Origin: Atractiella rhizophila
Lineage: Eukaryota
DNA length: 48,687 nucleotides
Assembly (NCBI GenBank): GCA_021432655.1
Contig: MU271274.1
Span: 62,001-110,687, forward strand
Direction: 5' to 3'
The position numbers were made by a program, and so were the translations under genes. The notes under the pieces were generated by a model that saw only the letters and a program-made list of their open reading frames with translations, did no database searches and had not been told where the DNA came from. Below, piece after piece: positions 1 through 11,709 of this stretch. Position 1 is the stretch's first letter. Each line of letters opens with the position of its first letter.

Positions 1-35
1 TCGTTCTGTCACTCTGATGAACCTCAGGTTCAACA

Positions 36-47
36 GGTTATGAGCCC
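36..47 (+). promoter_or_regulatory. Primer-binding site GGTTATGAGCCC complementary to the initiator tRNA-Met anticodon arm
   Basis: Exact reverse complement of GGGCUCAUAACC in fungal tRNAiMet and adjacent to the LTR 3' end. This is half-tRNA priming as in copia and Ty5. Confidence 0.85.
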
Positions 48-171
48 AAACGATCCCTACTGATCAAGCATTCACCGTCCCGCTCAATTTAACTTCCCCT
101 TCTATCAACAATTGTAAACATCATCAAATAAACACAGCCCACCAAGTTCTCACGTCTATCCGTGAAATTTG

Positions 172-948
172 ATGTCAGGATCACCAAGATCAGACGAACA
201 ATCTCTACCTCAGAATCTACCAGATTACGGACTTGCAACCCCCGAGCCATCCACAGCACCCGCACGTCAACGTAGCCCTGCGCCAGAACCAGAAGAAATC
301 CAACTCATCGCCATGGATCCATTGCCATCTTCTCCATCAATCTCGTATTCCAGTCGAAAAATCCCTACAATCCTTGAGGGACCTAACTATCGAGCGTGGA
401 AAGAAGATGCATACGAGACTCTGCGAAGCCAACAACTGTGGCTTGTCACATCTGGTGATGAGAAGGAGCCTATTGAATCTCGTTACGGAGCGGCCCTTTA
501 TCTCTTCGATCAACATTCCATCGCTTGGAAGAACAAGAATCTACAGGCGTCTGCACTTCTCTACGAATCACTCTCTGATGGGATCAAAGCTAGGATCAAA
601 GCGAACAACCTGCAAGAGAAGGCCAAGGAGATGTGGGATTGGCTCAAGACAGAGTACGATGCAGCAAATCATCTCTATGCCGTCACCGCCTGGAGTGCTT
701 TCGTGCGCACTCATTTCAGTGGGACAACTCCTCAACACTGGACAGAACACATGGCGGTCCTCGAAAAGAATCTCACAGACTTCATCAAATACGTTGGTGA
801 AGACAAGCTCACTACTGGGACTTGGAAATCGATTGTTTTCTCTGCACACCTCCAAGCGACAGTTCCAGACTCACTTCGCGACAAGATGAAGCCCTATTTT
901 TCGGCACTGCAGGCAACGAAATCCTCACCAACGTTTATGCAATATTGA
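172..948 (+). CDS. gag: Copia-type Gag, C-terminally truncated
   Basis: Intronless 259-aa ORF with IPTILEGPNYRAWK...LRSQQLWLVTSGDEKEP and AKEMWDWLKTEY, typical of the copia gag N-terminal/UBN2-like region. It has no CCHC knuckle or pol and stops just before the LTR copy. Confidence 0.8.
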   Translation: MSGSPRSDEQSLPQNLPDYGLATPEPSTAPARQRSPAPEPEEIQLIAMDPLPSSPSISYSSRKIPTILEGPNYRAWKEDAYETLRSQQLWLVTSGDEKEPIESRYGAALYLFDQHSIAWKNKNLQASALLYESLSDGIKARIKANNLQEKAKEMWDWLKTEYDAANHLYAVTAWSAFVRTHFSGTTPQHWTEHMAVLEKNLTDFIKYVGEDKLTTGTWKSIVFSAHLQATVPDSLRDKMKPYFSALQATKSSPTFMQY

Positions 949-1800
949 TCTTTTCTTCGTTCTGTCACTCTGATGAACCTCAGGTTCAACAATTCTTTTC
1001 AGGGAATATCACAAAATCGTGTGACAAGCATCTTTCGTTTACCTCACTTTGGAAGGTTTGCCTCTCTGTGCTCATTGCTGCTGACACCTTGTATTGAATA
1101 ACTACTTCGGGAGAGTATGCGGACCAGTGGGAAGAACGACCATTGATTGGCCTATACCACCCTGAATGAAGAATAAGCAAATGTGTTGTATCATTAATAT
1201 TTCCTGTTGTGCAGACAGTCAGATCGCAGCATCAGCAATGTCCCTCATGTCGCTGGAGCCTTCTCTCATTGGCTGAGTGGAAGGAAGGTAGAATAGGTAC
1301 GGGGACTACAACGGCAAGTTAGTATGAGGGAAGAAGGTGCATATGAGGTGAAGAACCTATCCAGTCACCTGGTTTAATGGTCTAATCTTTGAACAGATGA
1401 AGGTGCTGGTAGAGGGAATAGATGACAGGAGGAGACGTGAAATACATCATGAGAAGAGAATAGAAACTCCGCAAACCTCCAGCCATCAAACGGTGGGTTT
1501 GAGGATATTAATGCCATGAAAATGTCCATGGTGGTGTGGTGGTATGCTAGTGGACAACGTATCCCTCCTCATAGGTGCCTAGAGTGCGTAATCTTCTCGA
1601 CCGACACAGGTCAGGTCAGGTCTCTGCTTGGATATCACTGGCTTACCTCTGCCGTATCTGTGGATGTTAAGTTAAGGCACAAAGCGTAACACTGGAAGTT
1701 GAGGGAAAATCAACGTGCCTGAGGGCCAAAAGTATGCGCGGGACAACAATATCGATTTCAGAGTGCATATCGAATGCAGTACAATGTTGGGGCGGTCGTT

Positions 1801-2430
1801 TCAAATTGGAGGGAGCGATGGTCGACAACAAGTGCCTGTGAGCAGCCCGCACACTCTGCCCTTAGCGTCGATGACGCCCGAGCCCGAGTCGCCCTTGGCT
1901 GAGAAAGGGCCTGACTTGGAACTGCGCGGAAGGACTGCTATCTCTTTGGACATGGCGCCAGGCTTACCTTTAGAGTAGAGGCGCGTGAAGGCGCGGATCG
2001 TGTTGAGGCGGCCGACGGTGAGGTTAGTGGAGTTACCGTTCTTCAGCACTATGATAACAGGATCATTATCCGGGTCCTTGGTCTTCGGGTCGGGTTTGTA
2101 CATCTCGTCGTCGGAGAGGGTGTCGAATAAGATGGAACACTGGACCTGTTGGGCAGCCAGGTAGGCGTCCATGGCAGGGCCGACGATATCGTCCCAGACG
2201 CCGTTAAGACTGCGAGAACAGAAAGCTCCTTCGGCTCCAGATATGCCTCAGCGCCAGCGGGTGGCATCCAGACGTCAGCGCTGGAGATCATGCGAGCCCC
2301 TGAAGGGAGACCGTAGAGATAGTACTTGGCCTTGACGGGAGACGGGAGGTACGGAGCACCAGTAGGCGGGTCGCACGACGTGGTGGGCCATGCTGATAAT
2401 GATGGACGTCAAGTCCTTGTTCGCAGACAT
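1801..2430 (-). pseudogene. Frameshifted, internally deleted trypsin-like (FSxxGDSGS) fungal protease-domain gene
   Basis: Fragments in different frames: AKYYLYGLPSGAR..DVWMPPAGAEAYLEPKEL, then LNGVWDDIVGPAMDAYL, then directly VLKNGNSTNLTVGRLN...FSAKGDSGS...GRVCGLLTG. The GDSGS nucleophile motif is retained. Confidence 0.7.
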
Positions 2431-2464
2431 GACGCGTTTAAGGATGTGATAGACACTAAAGGGA

Positions 2465-2656
2465 AAGGGGCCAAGGGGGGGAGAGCAAGAGTGAGTTCGA
2501 GGAAGACTCTAAAAAAGAGCAAAAGAGCTGTATTTAAAGTCAAGGGATGTTGGATCTCGAAAGGGGCCAAGGGGGGGAGAGCAAGAGTGAGTTCGAGGAA
2601 GACTCTAAAAAAGAGCAAAAGAGCTGTATTTAAAGTCAAGGGATGTTGGATCTCGA
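2465..2656. repeat. Perfect tandem duplication, 2 x 96 bp
   Basis: 2465-2560 equals 2561-2656; also visible as KGAKGGRARVSSRKTLKKSKRAVFKVKGCWIS x2 in the ORF track. Confidence 0.95.
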
Positions 2657-3850
2657 TGAAGACACGGCAGCAATGCGCACACAAACGGCAAGGCAAGAGC
2701 GAGCTTGATGAGGGATCAAATGAGGAGCAGGAGCTGTGCTTTTAAGCAATTCGATGCTATGCTCCACGGTATAAATAAATGGATGAAGTTCGACTAAGTT
2801 TTCGCCCGCTATATAGCTCGAATGTTTCAGGTTTCAGCTGTTCTTGCAAATTTTGGTCAAAAAATCCAGCCGGCACGGCTGTAGTCACAATCAAATAGTG
2901 GAGGAACAAGTTTCACCACGTATGGCATCAATCAAATGTACGTCTTCTCTTACCTCTTTCGCAGTAGCGAACATCCTCAAAATCCCTAATAATCAACAAG
3001 TTCTTAGCCTTGCACCGCCGTCGGCTTTTCCAAGACAAGCTGAGCGGCCCCCTCGTCCCTCGGGAGAAGTCACCTGACTCAGTCGTGAAAGTCTCAAAAT
3101 GGTCTTTGCTGTATACGCTTCGAAAGGCGCCGACACGCGTATTCTGGTGGTATACTCAGAATTCTGAAAGGGTTGTTGTGGGCGGTGATATAAGCGCTCA
3201 AAAGTACATGCGTGAGTCATGGTCAACCCGTCGTGCTTTTTATATAAGGATTGAAAGACAGCGCATCCTCACTGACTCCGGCGCCTCTCGAACAAGCTAA
3301 CATCTGCCGTTTTCGCCAGCGTCCCATTGACTATCCTGCTTTATGCTTTGTGTTCGCAATTGGCAAAGATAAGAAATCATACACCCATCTTTTACGGAGC
3401 CTGAAAGTGCTGTGGAGGCGGCTGTGGAGTGATGGTTTTGGCAGCGCAGCATGCTTAACAAGATTAAACGTTGTGTAGCATTGCCCAAGTTTCTTCTTGG
3501 TGCGATACTCTACTCTTTTTTTTGCCTACAAAGCGCAACTTCTGATAATAACGTTATGAAAAACGTCCTGCATGATGAAGCTCTCATGAAGTCAGTTCAC
3601 AACAAATCGTGGTGTTGTATATTATTGTACACCGTGTTGTACCATTTTCAAGATTTCTCCCTCACGCATGCATCCCTAGTGGGGCTTCCTATCTGCATTG
3701 ACGAGATGCTGCTACTGATTACTTTGTCAATTGAACGCAAGCACCGGAGGTTTTTTTTTCTTTGTCTGAATGATTCGCAGATAGCAACAAGGGAATAAAG
3801 CTCGCAGCTTCATCCGTTCGTCGTCCGCTGCTACTCCCACTGCAACCACC

Positions 3851-4827
3851 ATGTCTTCTTCCCAATCAAGTCGTCCAAGCTACTTCCACTTCAACGAATC
3901 TGACGGAAAATTCATTTGCAATCATTGTTCTTGCTCTTTCGAAACTGGACAGGACTTTGATGATCATGTGGTGCGTAAAGTCTTCTCTCAGTCGTCTCTG
4001 CCATCGGGTTTGAGGTCTGGGACGACTAGGCCGAAGCTATCACATACTTCGGTGCTCAAGAAAGATGCTCGTATTACTTCAGGGAAATTGATCAAGAGGT
4101 GATGGATGCTATGTTTGTCTTTCCTCAGAGGTTCTGGCATTGTCCGTTACAACCCGACCACAGGACTCCTGCGGCATGGCAGAAGGTTGACAGGATGCGA
4201 CACGAGGCGTAAGTCACCTCTTACGTTCGCCCGAAGTTCCTTAATGGAGGAAGTTAGGCGCTCGGCGTCTTCTCGTAGTGACAGGCAAGTCAGACTTGGA
4301 GTCATCCACCTGCCAGCTAACCTGCAATTTAGAACGTCTAGACAAGCAAGCAGGCCTACGAACAACCAACCGTCAACGCCAAGGACTCCAAGACCTCCAG
4401 TTCCCGCTCCATCATCTGCGTAAGTGGTCTCATTCCTGTTGTTTCGTGCAGAGGCGTAACATCACAGATCAGGAGGCCACGAGCTGTAAGATCTTTTGCC
4501 AGGGAAGAAGAGCCGCATGATCCAATCAAAGCACGGCTGCAACGCGAGTTGCAGCAGGCACTTATCGATCGCGACTACGCGCGAGCATCAGCGGTGAAAG
4601 ATGCACTAGACTTCAGGAAGGAGGAGGTGAGAAGGGAAGAAAGGATCAATGAACAAAGAAGGTCGGACAGAAGGGATGAAAGGAGGAGGGATGGGATGAG
4701 GAGAACGGGGGATGGGTATTATCCTCCACCGGTCGATCCTTATTGGCAAACAGCACTTCAGACATATGGCCCTCCTCCTCTTCGACCTCGCCGCAGGTTT
4801 GCGGGACCTCGTGCCTTTGGATATTAG
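3851..4827 (+). CDS. Hypothetical multi-exon protein with an N-terminal C2H2-like motif and a C-terminal UVR-like helical hairpin
   Basis: ATG in ACCACCATG context; FICNHCSCSFETGQDFDDH; splice donors at 3971, 4209 and 4420; last segment LQRELQQALIDRDYARASAVKDAL followed by an R/E-rich tail. The phase of the last splice join is uncertain. Confidence 0.45.
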
Positions 4828-5054
4828 CATTGACCATCTGAAAGCTACTTGCTTCTCGTTCGTAGAGAGTTATCTTCGATCGCTCACGCTCCTCTGATGT
4901 TCCCATCAGCTAAGCTCTTCACTCGAGAGGTATCGTGACGGTGATGGGACCCTCAATCTGATCTGGAATGGTCTCCGGATTCATCTCATGTCTGATCACA
5001 TTGCACAAATGTACGATACACGGTTCAAGAAATAGGAAACATCCATTTCCCAGC

Positions 5055-8000
5055 TTACTTTTTAGTTGAATCCTTCATCATGAAAGAGATACCAGGGATG
5101 GCATCGCTTCCGAGGTTCTAATCAGCAGAATTCAAGTAAATGAAACCTAACACACCTCATTTGACGGTTAGGAAGCCCAGCAACTACGCCCATTCCGGCG
5201 CTAATGGAGTCGTGGCTCCTGTGCAGAACATCTGCTTGATCTGGACCATCCAGAGCTGGAAGCTTCTCGGAAATTTGATCACTCAAACTGAACTGGGCGA
5301 GCTGTTCCCCAGTCTATGACGTGATGGCAGTGGAGCCAATGGATCTCACCATCTGTATTTCCTCCTGCAGAGTTTCATAGCGGAAAGCCACACGACCATT
5401 GGGGACATTGGTTTTGTGCATAGAATTGCCAGCGACCCCTGGAAGGTAGAACGAGTCACCTAACCAGTGCCGCTTGACTTCCATCTCGAAACCACTTTGG
5501 AGAACGCTGTTGCGAGCTAGCTCGCACATGTCTAACACTCTTGTTAGTGACCTCCTTACCCGTGAAAGGTGCGAAGTTTCACCTGCAGGCGAAAATTTGT
5601 AGATCTGTATCCTGATCAATGAGGATACCACAACGGTTTCGGAGAACGTTACCTGAGCAGCCACGCTATATTCCTCCAGCAATGGTTCCTACAACATTTA
5701 TCAGACGATGTTTGTGAGATTTAGGAACGTTTACTTTGGTAAAATGAAATTGTAATGGATCATCCGTACTCAAACTGACATTGAGGCCAACTCTGAAGAA
5801 GTTTGGGAAGGGGTTCCGTTCGTACGTCAAAAACAGCGCGTTATTGCTGAGCGGAGACATCGCCAGCTACTCCTCCGTTAACAAATTGTATAAACCGTCG
5901 CGGTAAACTCACGCCAATTTGCCTCAGGTAGAATAGATACATGAGAGCCGGCACTTTGCGCAACAAAATCCCGTGTGAGATCGAGTGTGATGTGAGAAAT
6001 GCTGACGCGAGGTGATCTGGATCTCCAGCTTCACCAGCGTGGGGTCGCAGCAGAAAGGTGCCTTCTAAATGAATGAGTCAAACAACTGGGCGTGATAGGG
6101 ACTGACAGAAGCCTCTTTGATATCTCCAGGCGTTCAGACTTGTGATATTGGCATAAAGGTGATACAACCAATAGCTGTACGGTGGATTTGGCTTCGTGTT
6201 CCATTCTTTAGGTAGAGGGAACTTGCGATAGATTCGCTTCTCAGGTTTACTTTCATCGTCAACGCAATCAAAGCCGATGACTCGTTGCAGGAAGACGTGT
6301 AAATGAGGGTGGGTGCTAGGATCCTGAGTAACCTCGAATAAAGGCTCAAAAATATCTAAAAGCAGGTAAAAAAATCTTAAATGCAGGTAAAAAAAGCACG
6401 AACTTTGTAGAAGGCCCTCGAATGTCTCGACGGTCGAATTTTTCTTGAAGACGTCATACAATCGTGGGATCTGGATGAGCCAGCGCACGTTGGGAGACAT
6501 CAGCTTATTGTTGATAATCCACCTTGCTAGTTGGTCCCATTCGCCTCTCGACCTTTCAAAACCTCAATCCCCATCATTTACCAACGACACAAATGGTTTG
6601 CTTACCTTCCATAGATAGAGATTCGATACTCTGCCATCTGATACTTGCTCTGTTCAAGATCAGCAAATATTTCTGCTCTTCAACTCAGTTTCCCTTGTTA
6701 TGTTTATAGTGCAAAGGCAAACCTTTCGTGAGCTCAGCTAAGTATCGTCCTTGGATATGATTGTCAGTCTTGAGGAATATATCCCTGAGAGCGCTCTGTC
6801 CAATCGGATTGTACTTCAGATTGAACTTGTCGAATCGGTGGAACGAATCCTGGTGAGCGTGCATGTCTAAGGTGTCAATCGAGAGATCGTAAGCTGTCAA
6901 GTTAAGGCGTTCAAACACTTGTCGCAACGTCAATTCTTTCCCATCCCTTACGATAACAATGTCCTTCCCAAAACAATCAGACACAAAGTGAGCGATCAAT
7001 TCGGCGAAAAGCGTACATTCGGAGAACGCTTCATCTTTGACTTGATGAATCGAAGCAAGTGCTTCTGATTCATGCTTGCAGAGTGATGAACGTGCGTGTC
7101 AACTTTTCGGACGTTGTAGAAATCTCTATTTTACTGTGATTAATAGCGGTCCGACGATCTTATACTGTCAAATGCACGAACCTGTGCGGAACTCTCTTCA
7201 TGTCTGCCAACTCCTGGTATTCGTTGAGGAGGACAAAGAGGTTCCACTTGCTCTCCAGGTACTTGAGCCTTCGAAACGCAAAGCTTTTAGCGGGACCATC
7301 GGAAATGACTCCGAGGATGTATTCCAAGTCTACGAAGTACTCTTTAATAGTTGGCACTTCGAACAAAGGTTTATCCTCTGATTCTGTTGATGCTTCAGAA
7401 ATCGTCATTCAGAAGTTCGCTAGGCACGCACCTTTTCCTTTCTCTCCATAAACTTGATAGACACCTCTGGAATCTAATGCAAACGTCCAACCTCTCTCGT
7501 CCTTACTCGGGATTTCGCAGCTCTCAAAATCGAACGACTCCCGGCTCCCATACACGGGTTTTTCAGATGGTGAAAAGGGATCACGGTTCTCCCAGTGCGG
7601 TCGTGGAGGTGCCGGGTAAATTTTCCAGGGAGGGAATTTTGGGCAAGTAGAAGGGTTGTCACTGTCTGGAGACGCAGACGAAGAAACAAATCGTCCGTCA
7701 AAGTTGCGTGGATCATCATCGATTCTTTGACGCGAAATCCGAATATAGCGATCGCGAAGATCCAGGCAGGTTTGGAAAGAGGTGTAAAGCGCTTTCAGCT
7801 CAGACGAAAGTTGCTCTTTCCCTTTTTGTGCTGCATGTGGGAGTAAGAGTAAGCCTTTTAAACAAGTCAACATCTTAGAACAAACGCACATTGATGCACA
7901 TCTGCAGCGTCCAGGACCTCTTTCGCGATACCATTGGCCATCGAGTCTTCAACCTCCTCCGCCTCAAGGTCTTCATTTTTCTCCAACTGCTCAGGAGCAT

Positions 8001-8313
8001 GATGAGCGAAATATTTTCCATCGGCCTGCATGTCCGATATCAATACCGATCAGTTGAGTAGCTTGGGCAAAAGACGAAAACATGCATGGTGCATCTGTTT
8101 CTCTTCTGCCGCATCGTAATAAGGATGCTTTCCAACGGCGGGAGAAGGAGGTCCACTGTGAAGCGATTGAGAAGAGACTGAAGATATGTTCGCCCGTAAT
8201 GGGCTCGAAATCGCCCTCAGTTTAGGTGAATCATCGTTGGGACTTGAACTTGGTTGGGGACTTGAAGTTGGCAGTTCGAACGGGCTGGGTGTTCCTCCCC
8301 GTGAATAATCCAT
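5055..8313 (-). CDS. AMD1: AMP deaminase
   Basis: Spliced motifs: [104 protein letters not shown]. Two further C-terminal exons are inferred, ending ...MKDSTKK* at 5055. Confidence 0.95.
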
Positions 8314-8971
8314 GTAGTTAGACAGAGTGGCAATCCTTTTTCGTCAAAGATTTGTGCTGCAAGGTGCTGCTAGCGATCGAGAAGACGTTTTTCAACGTCT
8401 TGCCGTCATGAATCATCAGGCACGTGACTTCGAATGCGCAAACTCCAAGAGCATCAATTAATGCACATTAAGCAATGGGTTTGCTTTCATGGTTTGATGT
8501 AGAGCGATAAAGTATGCGATCACCAATGTTGCATTGCAATTGTGCGGCAGGGCTACATGATTTCGAAGCAGTTCGGTGATAATAAAGGTATCCAGCGATA
8601 AACGAAACTGTAGACGGTGATAATAAAGAGCTTGGGTGGGGGATATACTAGACTACTGAAACAGACATTGGGGATATCGATACTGAAAATGAACTGCACT
8701 TCAAGAGCAATTAATGGTAAGGCAAGGTATTCAAGAAGGACAAGACTTCTTTGGATGCGGAGGAGAAAACACAAGAAGGAAAGTATTGGATGAGAGTTAG
8801 GAGAGAGATGGATGTAATGAGAGTGATGAATAGAACTCTGTGCGATACTGAGGTGTTACAGCGAGCGGACAGAATAGAGCGACAAAAGGCGAGAGGACAG
8901 ATAACACGATGAAACAGCGAATAAACGAGTGTTCATATTTTTGAGAAATACTGAACCGCGAGAAAGATGGA

Positions 8972-11709
8972 TCAAAGATTGTGTTTGTTACGATCCCGAC
9001 ATCCGAAAGTGTTTGTGCTCGTATTGGAGAATTGAGAGGCGAGGCTGCCAGACCGGGTGTCTTTATAGAGCTCATAGATCTGTTGAGTCGTATCAAAGCT
9101 CCTTACAGATGATGCGCTGCTCGGCTCATCCTAAGTCACCTTCATCAGCCATGGGAGTCTTCGATCGACGCGAGAGAGAAAGCGACAAACCCTGTGTTCT
9201 CCAAAACGGTAAGCAGCAGCGGGTTTCGCATCACTCCAACTCTTTCTCCTTCCGATCTTCGGAGCGACTATGCCAGGCTGGTTGATGATCTCCTGTTGGT
9301 CATGTTCCATGCTTTCCTCCCTCCTTTTCCTATCTTTAGTCCTCTCCGGCCAGCTGGCGGAAGAACCGCTGTTATCCTTTCTCCCCACGCCAGAAGAACC
9401 GCTGTAATCCTTCCCATCCAAACCAGAAGATCCGCTATAATCTTTCCGTTCGTTTGAAGATCCACTATTGTCTTTCCTCCTCATCGCAGGGTCAATTGGC
9501 GATTCAAAAGTCTTGAACGATATCGGAGTTTTCCCTTTCTTCTCCCTCTCCTCAGGAACTGTCGAGTGCCTATCGACGGCGGTGCGGAGCTTCCAGCAAA
9601 GCAGGAAGGGATGACGGGATGACGGGAGGCCCACATTCCGTGACTGTAAATGACTTCCGGCGCGGAAATGAAGGAGCGGTCGTCGTCATCTTCGGCTCCA
9701 TTCGTTTCGTGCGACTGCTCTGAGCTGGAAGAGATGGAGAGAAAGTCCGGTCCATTCTTTCCCTTTCCCGATGGCCTTTCGCTCTCATTCGAGTTGGACG
9801 ATGGAGTCGTGGACGGTGCCAGACTCCCTCTCCTCCTCAACCCCTCAGCACCGAATTCCATTCCCATACCCGATACCTTTGACGGGTCGATACAGGAGCT
9901 CAAACTCTTCTCCGGACTCGTCGGTTCCTCACCCGACCCTTCCCTGATCGTGCTCAGCTTGTGAATGAGGATATGATGACCTTGATTGGATGCGCTCATC
10001 GAAGGCGAAAGGGAATAAGAGACCGAATTCGCAGGCGAGTGAAACGGCGGCGTTATGGTCGCATTTGAGTCCTCAGATAATCGAGGAAGCGGTTGAATGG
10101 TCATTGACCCTGAGAGGCGTTCGCGCATGACGGGGAAATTAGGGGTGTTTGGGCTGGTAGAAGGACTTGCTGGAGTAATGGGCGAGCAAGGGACGATAGA
10201 GAACTTGTGGCCTCCGGATAGAGACCCAGATTCCTTCGTGCTCTCCCGCTTCATTCCCCATTCTCGAGTCGCCGTCGGAGTCCCAATAAGCGTCGTCTTC
10301 TGGGAGTGGACTCCCCACGGTGCGTACTCTTCCGTTTGGATGCAACTGAATTTACTCCTCGTGCCCCTTGAGTGAGAAGAAGAGCCGTGCTGACGGGTGT
10401 GTTGGGGAAGCGGCGAAGCGGGCAAGGAGTCACGTTTAGAGACAGAAGAGATGAGGAGCTGCAAGAAGGTATAGGTGTATATCTCTGGTGTCAAATGTCA
10501 AGAGGTGTGGGTACGTATGAGAAAGGAAGACGAACTCGGCAAGAACATGATTGGGAGGTAGCACCATGAGAGATAACCTGCAACCGTGTTAAGACGCCAG
10601 AGTATGAGCGCTGAGAGTTGCAGGGCGGTGACCAAAATGCCCTATTCACAAAAAGAGCTCCAGTGTCAACCACCGTAGTGAAGAATGTGATGTAACGGGA
10701 ACGTACAGTTTGCACGTCAACTTCATGAGGAAATTAATCAACTTCTCCGCCTTTCCTTCTTGCTTGTCCTCGTATTGGTAGTCCCTCTTGGACAACCATA
10801 GCTCGAAACACATGGCAATTGAAATACAGATGTCCACGACCGATGAGATGATGAACCAAGACGTTCCGAGAGTAATGAACATTCCGTTGCTCACGAGGAG
10901 GTTGAGGAACTTGAGGTGCTATGATTAGACCATTGCTGGTTCAGCGAACATTCTCTTCCTGGAGCAAAGGAGAGTCGAACCTTGATGTCAGCAGACATCC
11001 ACACCCCAACGACAGTGCTCAACAATATGCCGAGGACGCCAGCCAAAAGAAGAGTCCAGACGAGGACGACCTTCCATGTCTTCCTCTGTCGCCCGATCCA
11101 AATCGAGTTTCGATCCAAGAGGTATTTCGAGAACACATAAACGCGATATAGCAGATAAGCTTGCCCATGAGACCTTCACATGGACAACAATTTGATCAGC
11201 CCTGTAACATACTGAAATAGAAAATGGAGGTGGGCGACAGACTGCAAGAGGACTCCAAGAAGAGGAGAGATGCTATCTTCGTATCGAGCAGTGATGAAAT
11301 AACCCAAGTCTCCCCAATGCAGAGAGAAGATCTTGAGGACTCGAAGGATGTCGGTCACCGTCTGAGCAAACTGGAGGAAGAGGACTATTGCCGTCTGTCC
11401 TTCCTTCATCAGGAGGTTCGAAAGAGCAGAGGAGGACCGACCATTGCTTTGATTAGCCTGTGGCCATGCGATGGAGCGTTTCGAAAATACCTCGCGCCTT
11501 CGGAGAGGAGGATACCCATCCCTGGCAGACGCGATAAGCGTTTCTGACCTCTTCAAATGAGAGATGCGTGCGGACTCACCAAATGCGGAAAGGAAGGCAC
11601 CAAGAATGAAAGGGCAGGTGCTATCGAATAACAAGGCAGAGGGAATAGTGGCAGAACAAGGCTCTGTTGAATGTTGGATTTGGTTCATGGCAAGATTGAG
11701 GGAGTCCAT
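8972..11709 (-). CDS. DUF6534-like multi-pass membrane protein with a long disordered C-terminal tail
   Basis: About 7 hydrophobic segments across exons (FILGAFLSAF, IVLFLQFAQTVTD, LLGVLLQSVAHLHF, VVLVWTLLLAGVLG, WFIISSVVDICISIAMCFEL, TGAL, IYTYTFLQLL), then about 500 aa of S/P/E-rich sequence. The 3' exons were inferred by hand. Confidence 0.65.
9360..9480 (-). repeat. Coding repeat, 4 x about 10-11 aa (KD[N/Y]SGSS)
   Basis: RRKDNSGSSNERKDYSGSSGLDGKDYSGSSGVGRKDNSGSS in the tail of the membrane protein. Confidence 0.8.

Larger units (their letters stand above)
1..991 (+). mobile_element. Internally deleted Ty1/copia LTR retrotransposon (5' LTR runs off window start)
   Basis: Positions 1-35 and 957-991 are identical (TCGTTCTGTC...GGTTCAACA) and end in the LTR-type CA. 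The first copy is followed directly by a PBS and a gag-like ORF. No pol is present between gag and the second copy. Confidence 0.85.

Noticed and set aside
5314..5316. Apparent TAG readthrough or editing site in AMP deaminase, since the frame stays open after the stop
   Set aside because: The TAG lies inside an in-frame 48-nt GTGAGA...AACAG intron; ordinary splicing explains it.
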